Below are positions 55,483 through 64,000 of a DNA stretch of 64,000 nucleotides, piece by piece. Position 1 is the stretch's first letter. Each line of letters opens with the position of its first letter. The notes beneath the pieces are model-generated. The model was given only the letters and a program-made list of their open reading frames with translations, did no database searches and had not been told where the DNA came from. A program made the position numbers and the translations under genes. This DNA comes from a virus, in IMG/VR virus record IMGVR_UViG_3300009129_001089; one strand, given 5' to 3'.

Positions 55483-56554
55483 TTACCTTTCCTTTTTTTA
55501 ATATGTCCATTAATGTATCATTTGAAGAAATATATTCATTAAAAATTAAATGATGCACTTCTTCTGTTTGCCAATTCAATTCATTATGTATTTTATCTCT
55601 ATATGTCATTATCATCCAATCCATTGCACTAAATGGATGAATTCTTTTATCAGTATTTTTTGTTTCTAATTTTGCATAATTTAATCCTATAGTATCTTTT
55701 CTATTTTGCCGTCTAAAATCTGCAATAGGATTACCTGTTGGATGGGGATCTTCCATATAATTAAAATCTTCAACTCTACCTAATGGCGGAAACCAATGAA
55801 AATACCAAACATTATATAGTTGACTTAATAGATTTAATAAAATCATTTCTGCAAATGCTTCTTCTTGCCTTGCTTGTGAACCTAAATGATCATGCAAAAG
55901 TACTTTGCCTAACTCACCATAAATTGCTCTCATTCTATGAGCATCGTCTAGTCCTTCTATTAATGCTGGAATTTCGATATGATCAATACAACTACTAAAA
56001 CATGATTCAAATAAACCAGATTGATCTATAGAAAAATCAGCATCTGTTTGATGAATCCATCTAGGTGTTGATATATCTCCTTCTGGTCCACCGGGAGTAA
56101 ATGGTATTTTATTAAAAACATAATCAGGATACCATGGGACCGTTGCTGTCTGATATCGTTTTCCAAGAAAACTACGAGCATCAGGTAAATTATATGTAAT
56201 ATTATGTCTAGTTTTATATTTAAAAGTCTCATGATCAACAATACCAAATCGTGTCATATACCAAGTTGTAGTTTGGACGATATATAAATCTTTTGGTTTA
56301 TTACTTTGCAATGATAAAACTAGTTTATCTAAAATATCTTTATTACTAGAACAAGGTGTAACTTCAAAATTTATTAATTCAAATTTTTCTGCTAATAATC
56401 TTTCCCAACCTTTATCGTCTTCGTCGTCATCTTTTATAATAGTATCATTTACTACTTTAGTATTTTCTGAATGCATGGTTACATCCCACATTAATTTCAT
56501 TGCTTCGTAACCTGTACAAAAAGAATGATAATCTCCAAATATTCCTACTTCCAT
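55475..56554 (-). CDS. SGNH-like protein, degenerate paralogue
   Basis: MEVGIFGDYHSF, NKDIL, YIVQTT.W shared with its neighbour. Confidence 0.55.
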   Translation of the reverse strand: MEVGIFGDYHSFCTGYEAMKLMWDVTMHSENTKVVNDTIIKDDDEDDKGWERLLAEKFELINFEVTPCSSNKDILDKLVLSLQSNKPKDLYIVQTTTWYMTRFGIVDHETFKYKTRHNITYNLPDARSFLGKRYQTATVPWYPDYVFNKIPFTPGGPEGDISTPRWIHQTDADFSIDQSGLFESCFSSCIDHIEIPALIEGLDDAHRMRAIYGELGKVLLHDHLGSQARQEEAFAEMILLNLLSQLYNVWYFHWFPPLGRVEDFNYMEDPHPTGNPIADFRRQNRKDTIGLNYAKLETKNTDKRIHPFSAMDWMIMTYRDKIHNELNWQTEEVHHLIFNEYISSNDTLMDILKKGKVNG

Positions 56555-57480
56555 TCGAGTTCCTTTTTAAAATCTTTATTTGATAATAGATATTCTACTA
56601 CCATTTTATGTGCCTCATTATTTAAATGTGTACCGCGATCAGTTACATAATCTGTAACTACTTTTTTTGCACCAATTTTTTTATTTAAAAATGTTTCAAT
56701 ATCTTGCGACTGTATTTCTTTATCACGTGTTTTTGTTTTCCATTTTTCGTTTAATATATCTATTTCTAATGATAAAACATCTTTCCTAGTTTCAGGATCT
56801 ACATATTGTAAATCTTTAATTGTTCCAAAAGGAGGATTCCAATAAAAATACCATATGTTATGTTGTAGAGATAACATATTTAATATATTAAACATCATAT
56901 AATTTTCATCTAAAAAATAAACAGAAGCAAAATGATCCATTATAATTGTCGTAATTGCTTGGCCATATACTTCCTTCATTTCATCAGCACCTTCGGCACA
57001 CCAATCTTTGCCCCAAATAAATTGACTATGTCCTGTCCCAGGTGTATCAATATGAATTGGTTGACATGGAAGAAAAGATGCACAATAATTTGGTAGATAT
57101 TTTTTATCTATATCTGTTCGTTGCCCGTGATATGTTTTAGTATCATATGTATATACTTGTATATTTTTATTAACATTAAATAATTTTTTTACATATTGTA
57201 ATACACCAAAGGTAAATCTATGCCATTGTGTAGTTTGTACAATATACATATCACAAGGATTATTCTCTATTGCATATGTTAAATTTTCTAATATATCTTT
57301 ATTACCGCCTCCTAATACTGGAAATAATGTAAAATTATGTTGAGGGTATAATTCTGCTAATATAGCACCATATCCTTTATTAAGGTTATCAGTTTTGTTT
57401 TCATTTAATTCATATAAGGTATCTGCTAATGTTTTGCCTGTGCCAAATGAATGCGAACAACCAAAAATACCTATTTCCAT
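56545..57480 (-). CDS. SGNH/GDSL-like hydrolase
   Basis: IFGCSHS (block I), GGGN, D..THLN..AH. Confidence 0.6.
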   Translation of the reverse strand: MEIGIFGCSHSFGTGKTLADTLYELNENKTDNLNKGYGAILAELYPQHNFTLFPVLGGGNKDILENLTYAIENNPCDMYIVQTTQWHRFTFGVLQYVKKLFNVNKNIQVYTYDTKTYHGQRTDIDKKYLPNYCASFLPCQPIHIDTPGTGHSQFIWGKDWCAEGADEMKEVYGQAITTIIMDHFASVYFLDENYMMFNILNMLSLQHNIWYFYWNPPFGTIKDLQYVDPETRKDVLSLEIDILNEKWKTKTRDKEIQSQDIETFLNKKIGAKKVVTDYVTDRGTHLNNEAHKMVVEYLLSNKDFKKELEWK

Positions 57481-58463
57481 AATTGACTTTTTACTTTTAT
57501 TTTTGTTTTATTTGTCTCTACAAAATCTAATATACTTTTAAGAGTAAATGGTCTTCCAAATTTGTTTACTGCATCAGCACAATCTTTTGCTTCATACCAT
57601 GGAGGAAAGCTCACAGGCCAATTATAATATACTGCTTGCCTTACTACATCTATACCTGCTTTGTCTTGGTCTGGAACAAAAATAACTTCTTTACCTAATT
57701 GATTTATTATTTGTGCTTGTTGATAATTTATATTACTACCACCTATCGCTACACCATCAATTGCAATTGCATCAAACGGTCCTTCTGTAACTAATACATA
57801 TTTTCTATTATTTTTTTGGGCATCTAAATTAAATACAAAATCTTTAGGCTGTTGTTGATAGTACTTAGGATATTTATATTGTTTTTCGCCTACCCATCTT
57901 GCAGTAAAACCGACTACTTTACTTTTGTACTTATATGGTAATATAATTCTATTTTGCATTTGGCCTATTACTGTATTACTATAATGCCAATCTGCTAAGT
58001 CTATTAACCCTCTTTCGCTAATATATTCTAATGCTTTATTAAACAATGGATTAAATTCCCATTGATCTAGTGGTTTAGAACCAGTAGGTAAATTTGTTTC
58101 TGGCCAATTTATTTTGTATTCGGGTGTTTCTTCTTTTACTGGTTGAACCAAATCTGCTTCTCGCATTGTTTCCAATGTAAGACGTTGTATATCAGATCTA
58201 GGTATGCCTAAATATTTTAATAATTTTTTAAATTTATCAGAAAATCTATCTGGATGTTTCCAACCAGTCTTGTAATTACAATTAAAACAATGATAAACGA
58301 TGCCTCCGTCAGGAGTAAACATGACCCCTCCTCTGTGTCGTCTATCAGGTCTTGCTTGTCCAAAATGTATACAACATGGACAATTTATTGTTAACCAACC
58401 AGATGGGGTTTGTTTTGTATCTATAGGTAAGTTTGATCTAACTACATCCAGAACTATACTCAT
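57471..58463 (-). CDS. DNA primase (zinc finger + TOPRIM)
   Basis: NCPCC..HCFNC, VTEGPFDA, PDQDKAG, KD. Confidence 0.9.
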   Translation of the reverse strand: MSIVLDVVRSNLPIDTKQTPSGWLTINCPCCIHFGQARPDRRHRGGVMFTPDGGIVYHCFNCNYKTGWKHPDRFSDKFKKLLKYLGIPRSDIQRLTLETMREADLVQPVKEETPEYKINWPETNLPTGSKPLDQWEFNPLFNKALEYISERGLIDLADWHYSNTVIGQMQNRIILPYKYKSKVVGFTARWVGEKQYKYPKYYQQQPKDFVFNLDAQKNNRKYVLVTEGPFDAIAIDGVAIGGSNINYQQAQIINQLGKEVIFVPDQDKAGIDVVRQAVYYNWPVSFPPWYEAKDCADAVNKFGRPFTLKSILDFVETNKTKIKVKSQLWK

Positions 58464-58472
58464 ACATATAGT

Positions 58473-59264
58473 TTAACTTCTATAAAGAATTTTGTCAACC
58501 GTTCCTGTATTAGTTGAATCGGGATCGTGTGCAAATCGAACCCAATTTAAATTTGCTGTAAAGTTAATAGGTTCAAGTTTTGTAGTAGCCTCATCATATG
58601 GTTTATGTTCGGTACCAGAACCTATTGTAATAGGAAACCACCCTGTGGCTGTTTGTTCAATTGATCCTTCAACATGAAGATTACCAATATAATTTGTTAG
58701 GTATGCAACAAATGTATGAAGACCTTTAGTATCAGGAGAAATAGATGCAACTTCTATTGCTGAACTGTATTCTTTAGATCCTGTTCCTCCAGGAGTTGTA
58801 AATGTTATTATTGCCGATTCTGAAAATGCCGGAATCGGACCATCTTTAACTTCAACTGCTACTTTGACATTGTTTGCTCTATCTGCAAATAATGTTAATG
58901 TTTCACCATCAACATTTTCAAATGTTAATGATAAATCATAAAACCCTGATTCGTTACCTATTAAATCTTTATTTCTAATTGTTAGTTTTGCTTGACCTGT
59001 AGTATTATCTATTTCTTCCACTAGTCTAGAAAATAGTAAATTGCCCGTTGTGTGATTTACTAAATATGCTGTAAGTGTACCAGATGCTAAACTAACAGGT
59101 TTTCGATCTTTGTCTTTGACATAGAAATTTAAGACGCTGTCGACGCCTTTATAGATTTTAATAATTTTATTATTCATAGGAGGATTCACCGTTTTGTTAA
59201 TATCGTCGGCCAACATAAAATGGATGTCAGCATCATACTTAAATAGTGTTAGCGTTTCTGCCAT
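58473..59264 (-). CDS. Putative virion structural protein (beta-rich)
   Basis: IYKGVD..L.F.VK..DRKP; ends KILYRS; GATAAATA upstream. Confidence 0.6.
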   Translation of the reverse strand: MAETLTLFKYDADIHFMLADDINKTVNPPMNNKIIKIYKGVDSVLNFYVKDKDRKPVSLASGTLTAYLVNHTTGNLLFSRLVEEIDNTTGQAKLTIRNKDLIGNESGFYDLSLTFENVDGETLTLFADRANNVKVAVEVKDGPIPAFSESAIITFTTPGGTGSKEYSSAIEVASISPDTKGLHTFVAYLTNYIGNLHVEGSIEQTATGWFPITIGSGTEHKPYDEATTKLEPINFTANLNWVRFAHDPDSTNTGTVDKILYRS

Positions 59265-59302
59265 GCGTTATCTCACTTAAATATATTTATCGCAAATTAA
59301 TT

Positions 59303-59683
59303 ATGGAATTAGAAACAGAAATTAAAGAGTTTTTAGATAAGTTCCCATTTCTCAGTTTATGTAGATATGGAACGAACGAGTACATTGGAATAGTACAAAA
59401 TGTTAGCAATAATATAGCCTCTGTATACGTATATAATAAATTAAAAGAAAAAGACGAAAAGAAATTATTCTTAGACCTAGGCGAAGAATGGTGGTGGGAA
59501 TCAAATAGAACAATTCCCATTAACATTATATTAGGTCAACGATGGGCACCGTTTAAACCTATTTTAACTACATTTACTATTAAAGATTTTGAAATATTAT
59601 ACGGGCCTACCATTTCATTACAAAATGTAATACAAAAACGAGTTAAACGACGCCAGATTCAGTTAATTCGCAAAGCGAATTAA
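59303..59683 (+). CDS. Hypothetical phage protein (WWWESNR motif), plus strand
   Basis: Start at ATG 59303 (MELETE); TAAATA at 59278-83; overlaps the dnaE fragment by 41 nt. Confidence 0.75.
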   Translation: MELETEIKEFLDKFPFLSLCRYGTNEYIGIVQNVSNNIASVYVYNKLKEKDEKKLFLDLGEEWWWESNRTIPINIILGQRWAPFKPILTTFTIKDFEILYGPTISLQNVIQKRVKRRQIQLIRKAN

Positions 59684-60227
59684 GTTGAACTATAATCGCA
59701 TAAGCATAACTCACAGCATGGGATTTTTTAAAATAATATGAATTATCTTTTGGTTTGGACCATACTTGCTCTTGTATTGTTTGCCACGATTCTCCCAACA
59801 ATTGTCTCTTTGCTGGTCGTATAATCGCAAGCACCATAGCAAGTTGATCTATAGATTTAGGTTGCATTTGAGCAACAATATCATAATGATCATGAATATG
59901 AAATAATTGTTCGACTATTTCTTTATGAAGTAATAAATCCCAGTCTGGTTCTCTTTCTAATAATCTATTTAAATGTGCTTCGTTACTTACATATTCATAT
60001 ATGTTTACATTAAGCAAATCTATTTTAAAATAACCTAAATCTTCTGCTTCTTTATAATTTATTGTACTTAAATTAGTGCTAGGATCATACGGCATATCAT
60101 GAAAATATACACCTGTATTATGCTTTTTTACTGAATCTGTTATAATACTTGCTGGTATGTGTTTTAATTTAGTTAACACATCATCTCTATTTTTTAAGTC
60201 AATATCAATATCTGTCATTTTTTTCAC
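59643..60227 (-). CDS. DnaE (family C polymerase) catalytic C-terminal fragment
   Basis: TDIDID, KHNTGV, GYFKIDLL, LAIIRPA, YYFKKSHAVSYA match DnaE PDxDxD, HAGGV, GLVKxDxL, ALxRPG, FNKSHxxAY. Confidence 0.88.
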   Translation of the reverse strand: MKKMTDIDIDLKNRDDVLTKLKHIPASIITDSVKKHNTGVYFHDMPYDPSTNLSTINYKEAEDLGYFKIDLLNVNIYEYVSNEAHLNRLLEREPDWDLLLHKEIVEQLFHIHDHYDIVAQMQPKSIDQLAMVLAIIRPAKRQLLGESWQTIQEQVWSKPKDNSYYFKKSHAVSYAYAIIVQLNSLCELTESGVV

Positions 60228-60867
60228 ACCAATTAAAATTAAAAGAAACGGATATCCTAAGATTTGGTGTTTGATTTACGTCTACCAAATGATCTGCCCA
60301 CGAAGGAAACATCAATACATCTCCTGTTCTTGTATTAATTTCTCTAGATCCAAATATTTTTTCTCTTACCCATTTATCATTTTTAAAAAAAGCGTTCGGT
60401 ACCATCCATAATTTTGATTCCCGTCTAATATCGTCAAAAATAATATCACCTTGATTTTCATTTTTTTGTATATAAAACGCTCCCGAATACCCTGTTGGTC
60501 CGTGATTATGACTTCTATTAAATGCTCCTGAATGATTTATATTAAACCATAAAGATAATATTCTAGCCTCTAAATTAAGATTTAATTTGTTAAATTCATA
60601 ATCTTCTGCTATTTTATCAATACCATCAGATAACATTTCTAATATTTCTGTTATACAATCAATATCTTCTTTTTCTTTAAAATATTTGTTTATATTATGT
60701 ATATCCTGGGGGCTTTGCCAACCAGTACCGGTTCGTAGTTCAGATGGACATAAATCTTGTACTCTAATAGCAAATTTTGCAAATTTTTGTTGATCAAAAT
60801 TTTCTATATTAAATTTATATACATTTATAGGAAATAATAATACGTTATCTTGTGATACAAGTTTCAT
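60205..60867 (-). CDS. 2OG-Fe(II) oxygenase (TIGR02466-like)
   Basis: GWQS, WFNIN, HNH, SGAFY, FPSWADH.V, RISVSFN. Confidence 0.85.
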   Translation of the reverse strand: MKLVSQDNVLLFPINVYKFNIENFDQQKFAKFAIRVQDLCPSELRTGTGWQSPQDIHNINKYFKEKEDIDCITEILEMLSDGIDKIAEDYEFNKLNLNLEARILSLWFNINHSGAFNRSHNHGPTGYSGAFYIQKNENQGDIIFDDIRRESKLWMVPNAFFKNDKWVREKIFGSREINTRTGDVLMFPSWADHLVDVNQTPNLRISVSFNFNWCEKNDRY

Positions 60868-61594
60868 CTATAATTTCTAATTCATTTAAAGATGCAGGAT
60901 ATTTCTTTAATTTATGCTTCCATGTATTAACGTTAATATGGTTAACTACTAATTCTAATTCCCGTTCATTTAATCTATCCACCATCCGCTGACCAGCATC
61001 AGTACCATAAATAATCCAAGGACTAATACGTCCGGTGATAATAAAGTGAGTTGCCATACTCGCGGATACTTTGTCAAAAAATTCTGTCCAATGTCCGTTA
61101 TTTTCATTGCCCCATTCCTCTGCTAATAATATGACAGATTCGACTGCCCTCTTAGGATCTTCTTTTAATGAATACAATTTAATAAATTCTTCTAATACAA
61201 AACTTTTTGTCCAATCTTTTATTTTAACACCTTGTTGCATAACAAATTTCATAAATTCTTGTTGCTGATCCAATGGCAACTTGAGTTCTGAAAGATATTT
61301 GCCAAATGTATAAAATCCGTTGTATTCAGGTGAATTAATAAATTTTTCTAATGGTGGTGTACTTCCATATACATTACCAGGCATACAAGTTTTATGAAAT
61401 ACACAAAATGCTTCAAAGGCCATTCTACTAGGCAATTCGTCTTTTGCATTCCATCTATGTTTTTGTTGACACATATGAACGGCAAGAGTTCGTTCACGTT
61501 TAAATGATTTATGGCAATACTTACATTTAAAAGATTCGGTTAATTTCTTTGTCTGTGAGTCCTTGCTGGTTAGCATAGTCTTTGAGTTCATCAA
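60845..61594 (-). CDS. C2H2 zinc-finger hypothetical protein
   Basis: CKYCHKSF..E.TL..HMC; GRISPW; start uncertain. Confidence 0.7.
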   Translation of the reverse strand: MMNSKTMLTSKDSQTKKLTESFKCKYCHKSFKRERTLAVHMCQQKHRWNAKDELPSRMAFEAFCVFHKTCMPGNVYGSTPPLEKFINSPEYNGFYTFGKYLSELKLPLDQQQEFMKFVMQQGVKIKDWTKSFVLEEFIKLYSLKEDPKRAVESVILLAEEWGNENNGHWTEFFDKVSASMATHFIITGRISPWIIYGTDAGQRMVDRLNERELELVVNHINVNTWKHKLKKYPASLNELEIIDETCITR

Positions 61595-61979
61595 TTGTAT
61601 TTAATTCTATTAATGTATCTAGTTCACTATCTTTTAATTCTGGAAATGCTTTTGCAAGCCATGTTTTTACCTTAGGTTTTTCTTTACGTTTACCCGGCTT
61701 AATCCAAGGATGAAATTGTTTTTTACCTATACCACATAATGACATGAGCAACCATTGTAATTCTACATGATTTTTTAAATCACTAAAATTAACATTAACA
61801 AGATCGTTAACCATTTGTAAATAATGATCGCGAAATATAGGACTATCAACACTAGAAGCATATCGCATATAAAGCCACGTACTAAACTTCTTTTGTTGTT
61901 CTGGATCTAAATTATTATAAAATTTTTTATTCCGTTTGTCAATAGCCAAACAAACATCTTTTAGCGGTACACTAGACAT
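61527..61979 (-). CDS. Clamp-loader small subunit-like (T4 gp62-like) protein
   Basis: W...RY.S, N..VN, H..LQW.L, K.FHPWIK pattern; replication context. Confidence 0.55.
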   Translation of the reverse strand: MSSVPLKDVCLAIDKRNKKFYNNLDPEQQKKFSTWLYMRYASSVDSPIFRDHYLQMVNDLVNVNFSDLKNHVELQWLLMSLCGIGKKQFHPWIKPGKRKEKPKVKTWLAKAFPELKDSELDTLIELNTIDELKDYANQQGLTDKEINRIF

Positions 61980-62483
61980 TTAAATCCATATTTGCTCTAT
62001 ACGTAATACATCAGGCACTTTATTAATTTCTTTTACAAAATATGCACATCGTGGTTTTGGTTTATTTTCTATCGGAATTGTTAAAATATGTCCTGGTTTT
62101 AATTTAGGAAAAAACCATTTAGTTTCAGAAAAAACATTTTCAATAGTAATTGGTAAAAATTCTGGCATAACATCTGACAGCGGATTTAAACAAAATGCTT
62201 TAAAATCTCGATCATTTAATGTCATCAAAGGCATTATTTCTGCATCACCTACATCAGGTTCACTAATAATTAAACTCCAATCTAACGGAATATTAAGTTG
62301 GTGTGGGCCAATTCGAATAGCCGCCGCAGGTGCATTAAACGATTCTAAAAAAACCAAAGGCATAAAAATATAATCCACATCCTCAGGAGTTGAATAATCC
62401 AAAACACTATATCGTATATCATCTATTTCTTCAGGTACTGTATCTAATTCATATGGTAGGTTATCTAATGTTAATATTTTCAT
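61980..62483 (-). CDS. Hypothetical phage protein
   Basis: DYIFMPLVFLESF, KWFFPKLK; coupled to the helicase gene. Confidence 0.7.
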   Translation of the reverse strand: MKILTLDNLPYELDTVPEEIDDIRYSVLDYSTPEDVDYIFMPLVFLESFNAPAAAIRIGPHQLNIPLDWSLIISEPDVGDAEIMPLMTLNDRDFKAFCLNPLSDVMPEFLPITIENVFSETKWFFPKLKPGHILTIPIENKPKPRCAYFVKEINKVPDVLRIEQIWI

Positions 62484-63931
62484 ATTGTAACTTTTTCTAT
62501 TGTAAAAGGATACTTAGCATCCGTGTAAAACTTTTTACGTTTGGTTAGATGTCGCTTACTAAACTTTGCTGAAGATGTAATATCCCACACCCTTACAAAG
62601 TCTTTATCTTGGGCTTTTCTAATTCCACGCCCGATTGATTGAATGACCCTGACAAAACTTTTGCCTGGTTCGACGAGGACCAAATTGAATATCCGAGGAA
62701 TATTGATACCAATAGATGCAACCCCATAAGTAGCAATAATGATTTTGTTGTCAGAGTCTTGAACTTCGCTATATTGTTCTCGTCTGTCTGAGGATTTAAC
62801 CGATCCAGATATAAATACGCTCTCATCTCCTAACCTTTCTTGTAGCATTTGTCCTGCTTTAATACGGTCTACTAAAATTAAGGTATTTCCATCTTTTACT
62901 ATATTTTTAAATAAACCTGAAAGATAGTCCATCCTATCTTCGTTGGTTGTTAAGTAGGTAAGTTCGGATTGATAATTTGGATATGCAACTATATCCTGTA
63001 CTTGTATTATATTTATTTCGCAGTTTGCTAAGACTTCTTGCTCTTGTAAATCTGATGCACTTAATCTGTTTATTACATCGCCTAATGACACTTTTAAACT
63101 AGCATATTGCCAATCTTCTTTTGGTATAGTACCAGTAAGCCCCCAACGTATAGGTATTGTAGCAAAAGGCCCTGTTAATAATTTACGGAGTACATCTGCC
63201 TTAGCCATGTGTACTTCGTCTACTATAAGGCATACTACGCCTTTGACAAATGTTTTAAGACCTATATCAATCTCTCCATCTTTAAATCGCTTGTCCATAG
63301 AATTAAGGCTCTGCCAGGTGCATATAGTGTGGCTCTTACCAATATCCTTTCTATCCCCAAAATATACCCCGCAATCGAGCCCTAAATTCTTATAGTCATC
63401 TTCCGTTTGTGTAACAAGATCTTTATTAGGTACAATGACTATACTTCGTCCATATTGCTCTACAGAATAACTTAAAGTAGCCGTAATTAACGTTTTACCT
63501 GCTCCTGTAGCAATCTCCTGCAGGCATTGTGGTTCTGCTAAAAACTGATTTATAACATCAACTTGATAATCTCTAAGTACAATATTTTGTCCTTCATGTG
63601 TATGTCCTTTAGGCCATGCTAATTTATTATGTATTGTACTAGTAACTTCATTAAAATTAAATGTTTGATTTTTTCGTTTGTCTTTAAGTTTAATATCATA
63701 TTTTTCATTAAGTATAGGGATAATATCATCTAATAAATTAAGATAAGTAACACCGCCCATACTAAAGAAAGAAACACAACCATCCCATCTACCTAATTTA
63801 TATGCAGGTACATGGTATGCATGTGGTAAAAAATACTTAAACTTTTTTTCTAATTGCCGTCGTGTAACCAGATCAAGGTCATGGATTTTAACATTAACTT
63901 CATCTTTTATTTCAATTATACATTCTGGCAT
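62480..63931 (-). CDS. uvsW: UvsW-like superfamily 2 helicase
   Basis: LRDYQ, ATGAGKT, DEVH, GLTGT, GINIPRI, QSIGRGIR; start at MPEC (63931). Confidence 0.88.
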   Translation of the reverse strand: MPECIIEIKDEVNVKIHDLDLVTRRQLEKKFKYFLPHAYHVPAYKLGRWDGCVSFFSMGGVTYLNLLDDIIPILNEKYDIKLKDKRKNQTFNFNEVTSTIHNKLAWPKGHTHEGQNIVLRDYQVDVINQFLAEPQCLQEIATGAGKTLITATLSYSVEQYGRSIVIVPNKDLVTQTEDDYKNLGLDCGVYFGDRKDIGKSHTICTWQSLNSMDKRFKDGEIDIGLKTFVKGVVCLIVDEVHMAKADVLRKLLTGPFATIPIRWGLTGTIPKEDWQYASLKVSLGDVINRLSASDLQEQEVLANCEINIIQVQDIVAYPNYQSELTYLTTNEDRMDYLSGLFKNIVKDGNTLILVDRIKAGQMLQERLGDESVFISGSVKSSDRREQYSEVQDSDNKIIIATYGVASIGINIPRIFNLVLVEPGKSFVRVIQSIGRGIRKAQDKDFVRVWDITSSAKFSKRHLTKRKKFYTDAKYPFTIEKVTI

Positions 63932-63939
63932 CAGGTCAT

Positions 63940-63968
63940 AAAAAAAGGAGTTCAAAGAACTCCTTTTT
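63940..63968. terminator. Bidirectional rho-independent terminator
   Basis: A7-GGAGTTC-AAA-GAACTCC-T5. Confidence 0.8.
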
Positions 63969-64000
63969 GTTTAAGGGTTAATAATTACTTACGTTTTATG

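Noticed and set aside
803-63395. Dozens of 60-127 aa plus-strand ORFs and nested minus-strand ORFs in the track
   Set aside because: They are antisense or out-of-frame shadows of well-supported genes, with no RBS or motifs. Only 52840-53121 and 59303-59683 occupy their own space.
42477-63931. Inteins or introns in the RNR, helicases or primase
   Set aside because: Lengths and motif spacing are normal, and no LAGLIDADG/HNH or splice motifs were seen.
1-64000. Stop-codon reassignment (alternative genetic code)
   Set aside because: Known proteins are full length under code 11, TAA, TAG and TGA all terminate genes, and no suppressor tRNA is seen.
1-64000. CRISPR array, transposase, integrase or rRNA
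   Set aside because: No regularly spaced repeats or recognisable motifs were found.
1-64000. Cellular (bacterial) origin, given pur, isc, clp, infC and rpsU genes
   Set aside because: T4-like helicase, primase and UvsW, TAAATA late motifs, virion-like genes, single-strand dense packing and incomplete pathways indicate a large phage.

Overview
This 64 kb window is AT-rich, gene-dense and almost entirely on the minus strand. It most likely comes from a large (jumbo, T4-like-late-promoter) lytic bacteriophage, probably aquatic. The host may be alphaproteobacterial, inferred from the two-piece tmRNA style. The standard genetic code fits. Contents: (1) auxiliary metabolism: purD, purF, aceA, purC, speD, queD, iscU, two iscA, nrdJ, glutaredoxins, a peroxiredoxin and MazG. 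(2) Seven tRNAs, including Ile-UAU. (3) Many tailoring enzymes: three flavin-dependent halogenase-like proteins, about 11 2OG-Fe(II)/cupin oxygenases, two GT9 glycosyltransferases, a split carbamoyltransferase and an SGNH-like pair. (4) A translation/proteostasis cluster (clpX-infC-rpsU-hsp20-clpS), plus groES and a tmRNA elsewhere. (5) Putative virion genes. (6) A replication block: helicase, primase, clamp-loader-like subunit and UvsW-like helicase. The most striking observations are a minimal DnaE-like polymerase split exactly at the FERFLN/PDxDxD junction into two intein-less genes 43 kb apart; a circularly permuted two-piece tmRNA whose intervening segment encodes a small membrane protein with its own RBS; a start-less 140-codon frame reachable by -1 slippage at an A10 run; a ~320 nt structured non-coding RNA candidate; and a ROSE-like thermometer ahead of hsp20. 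All calls come from reading motifs by eye. No database search was run, so novelty is unverified.
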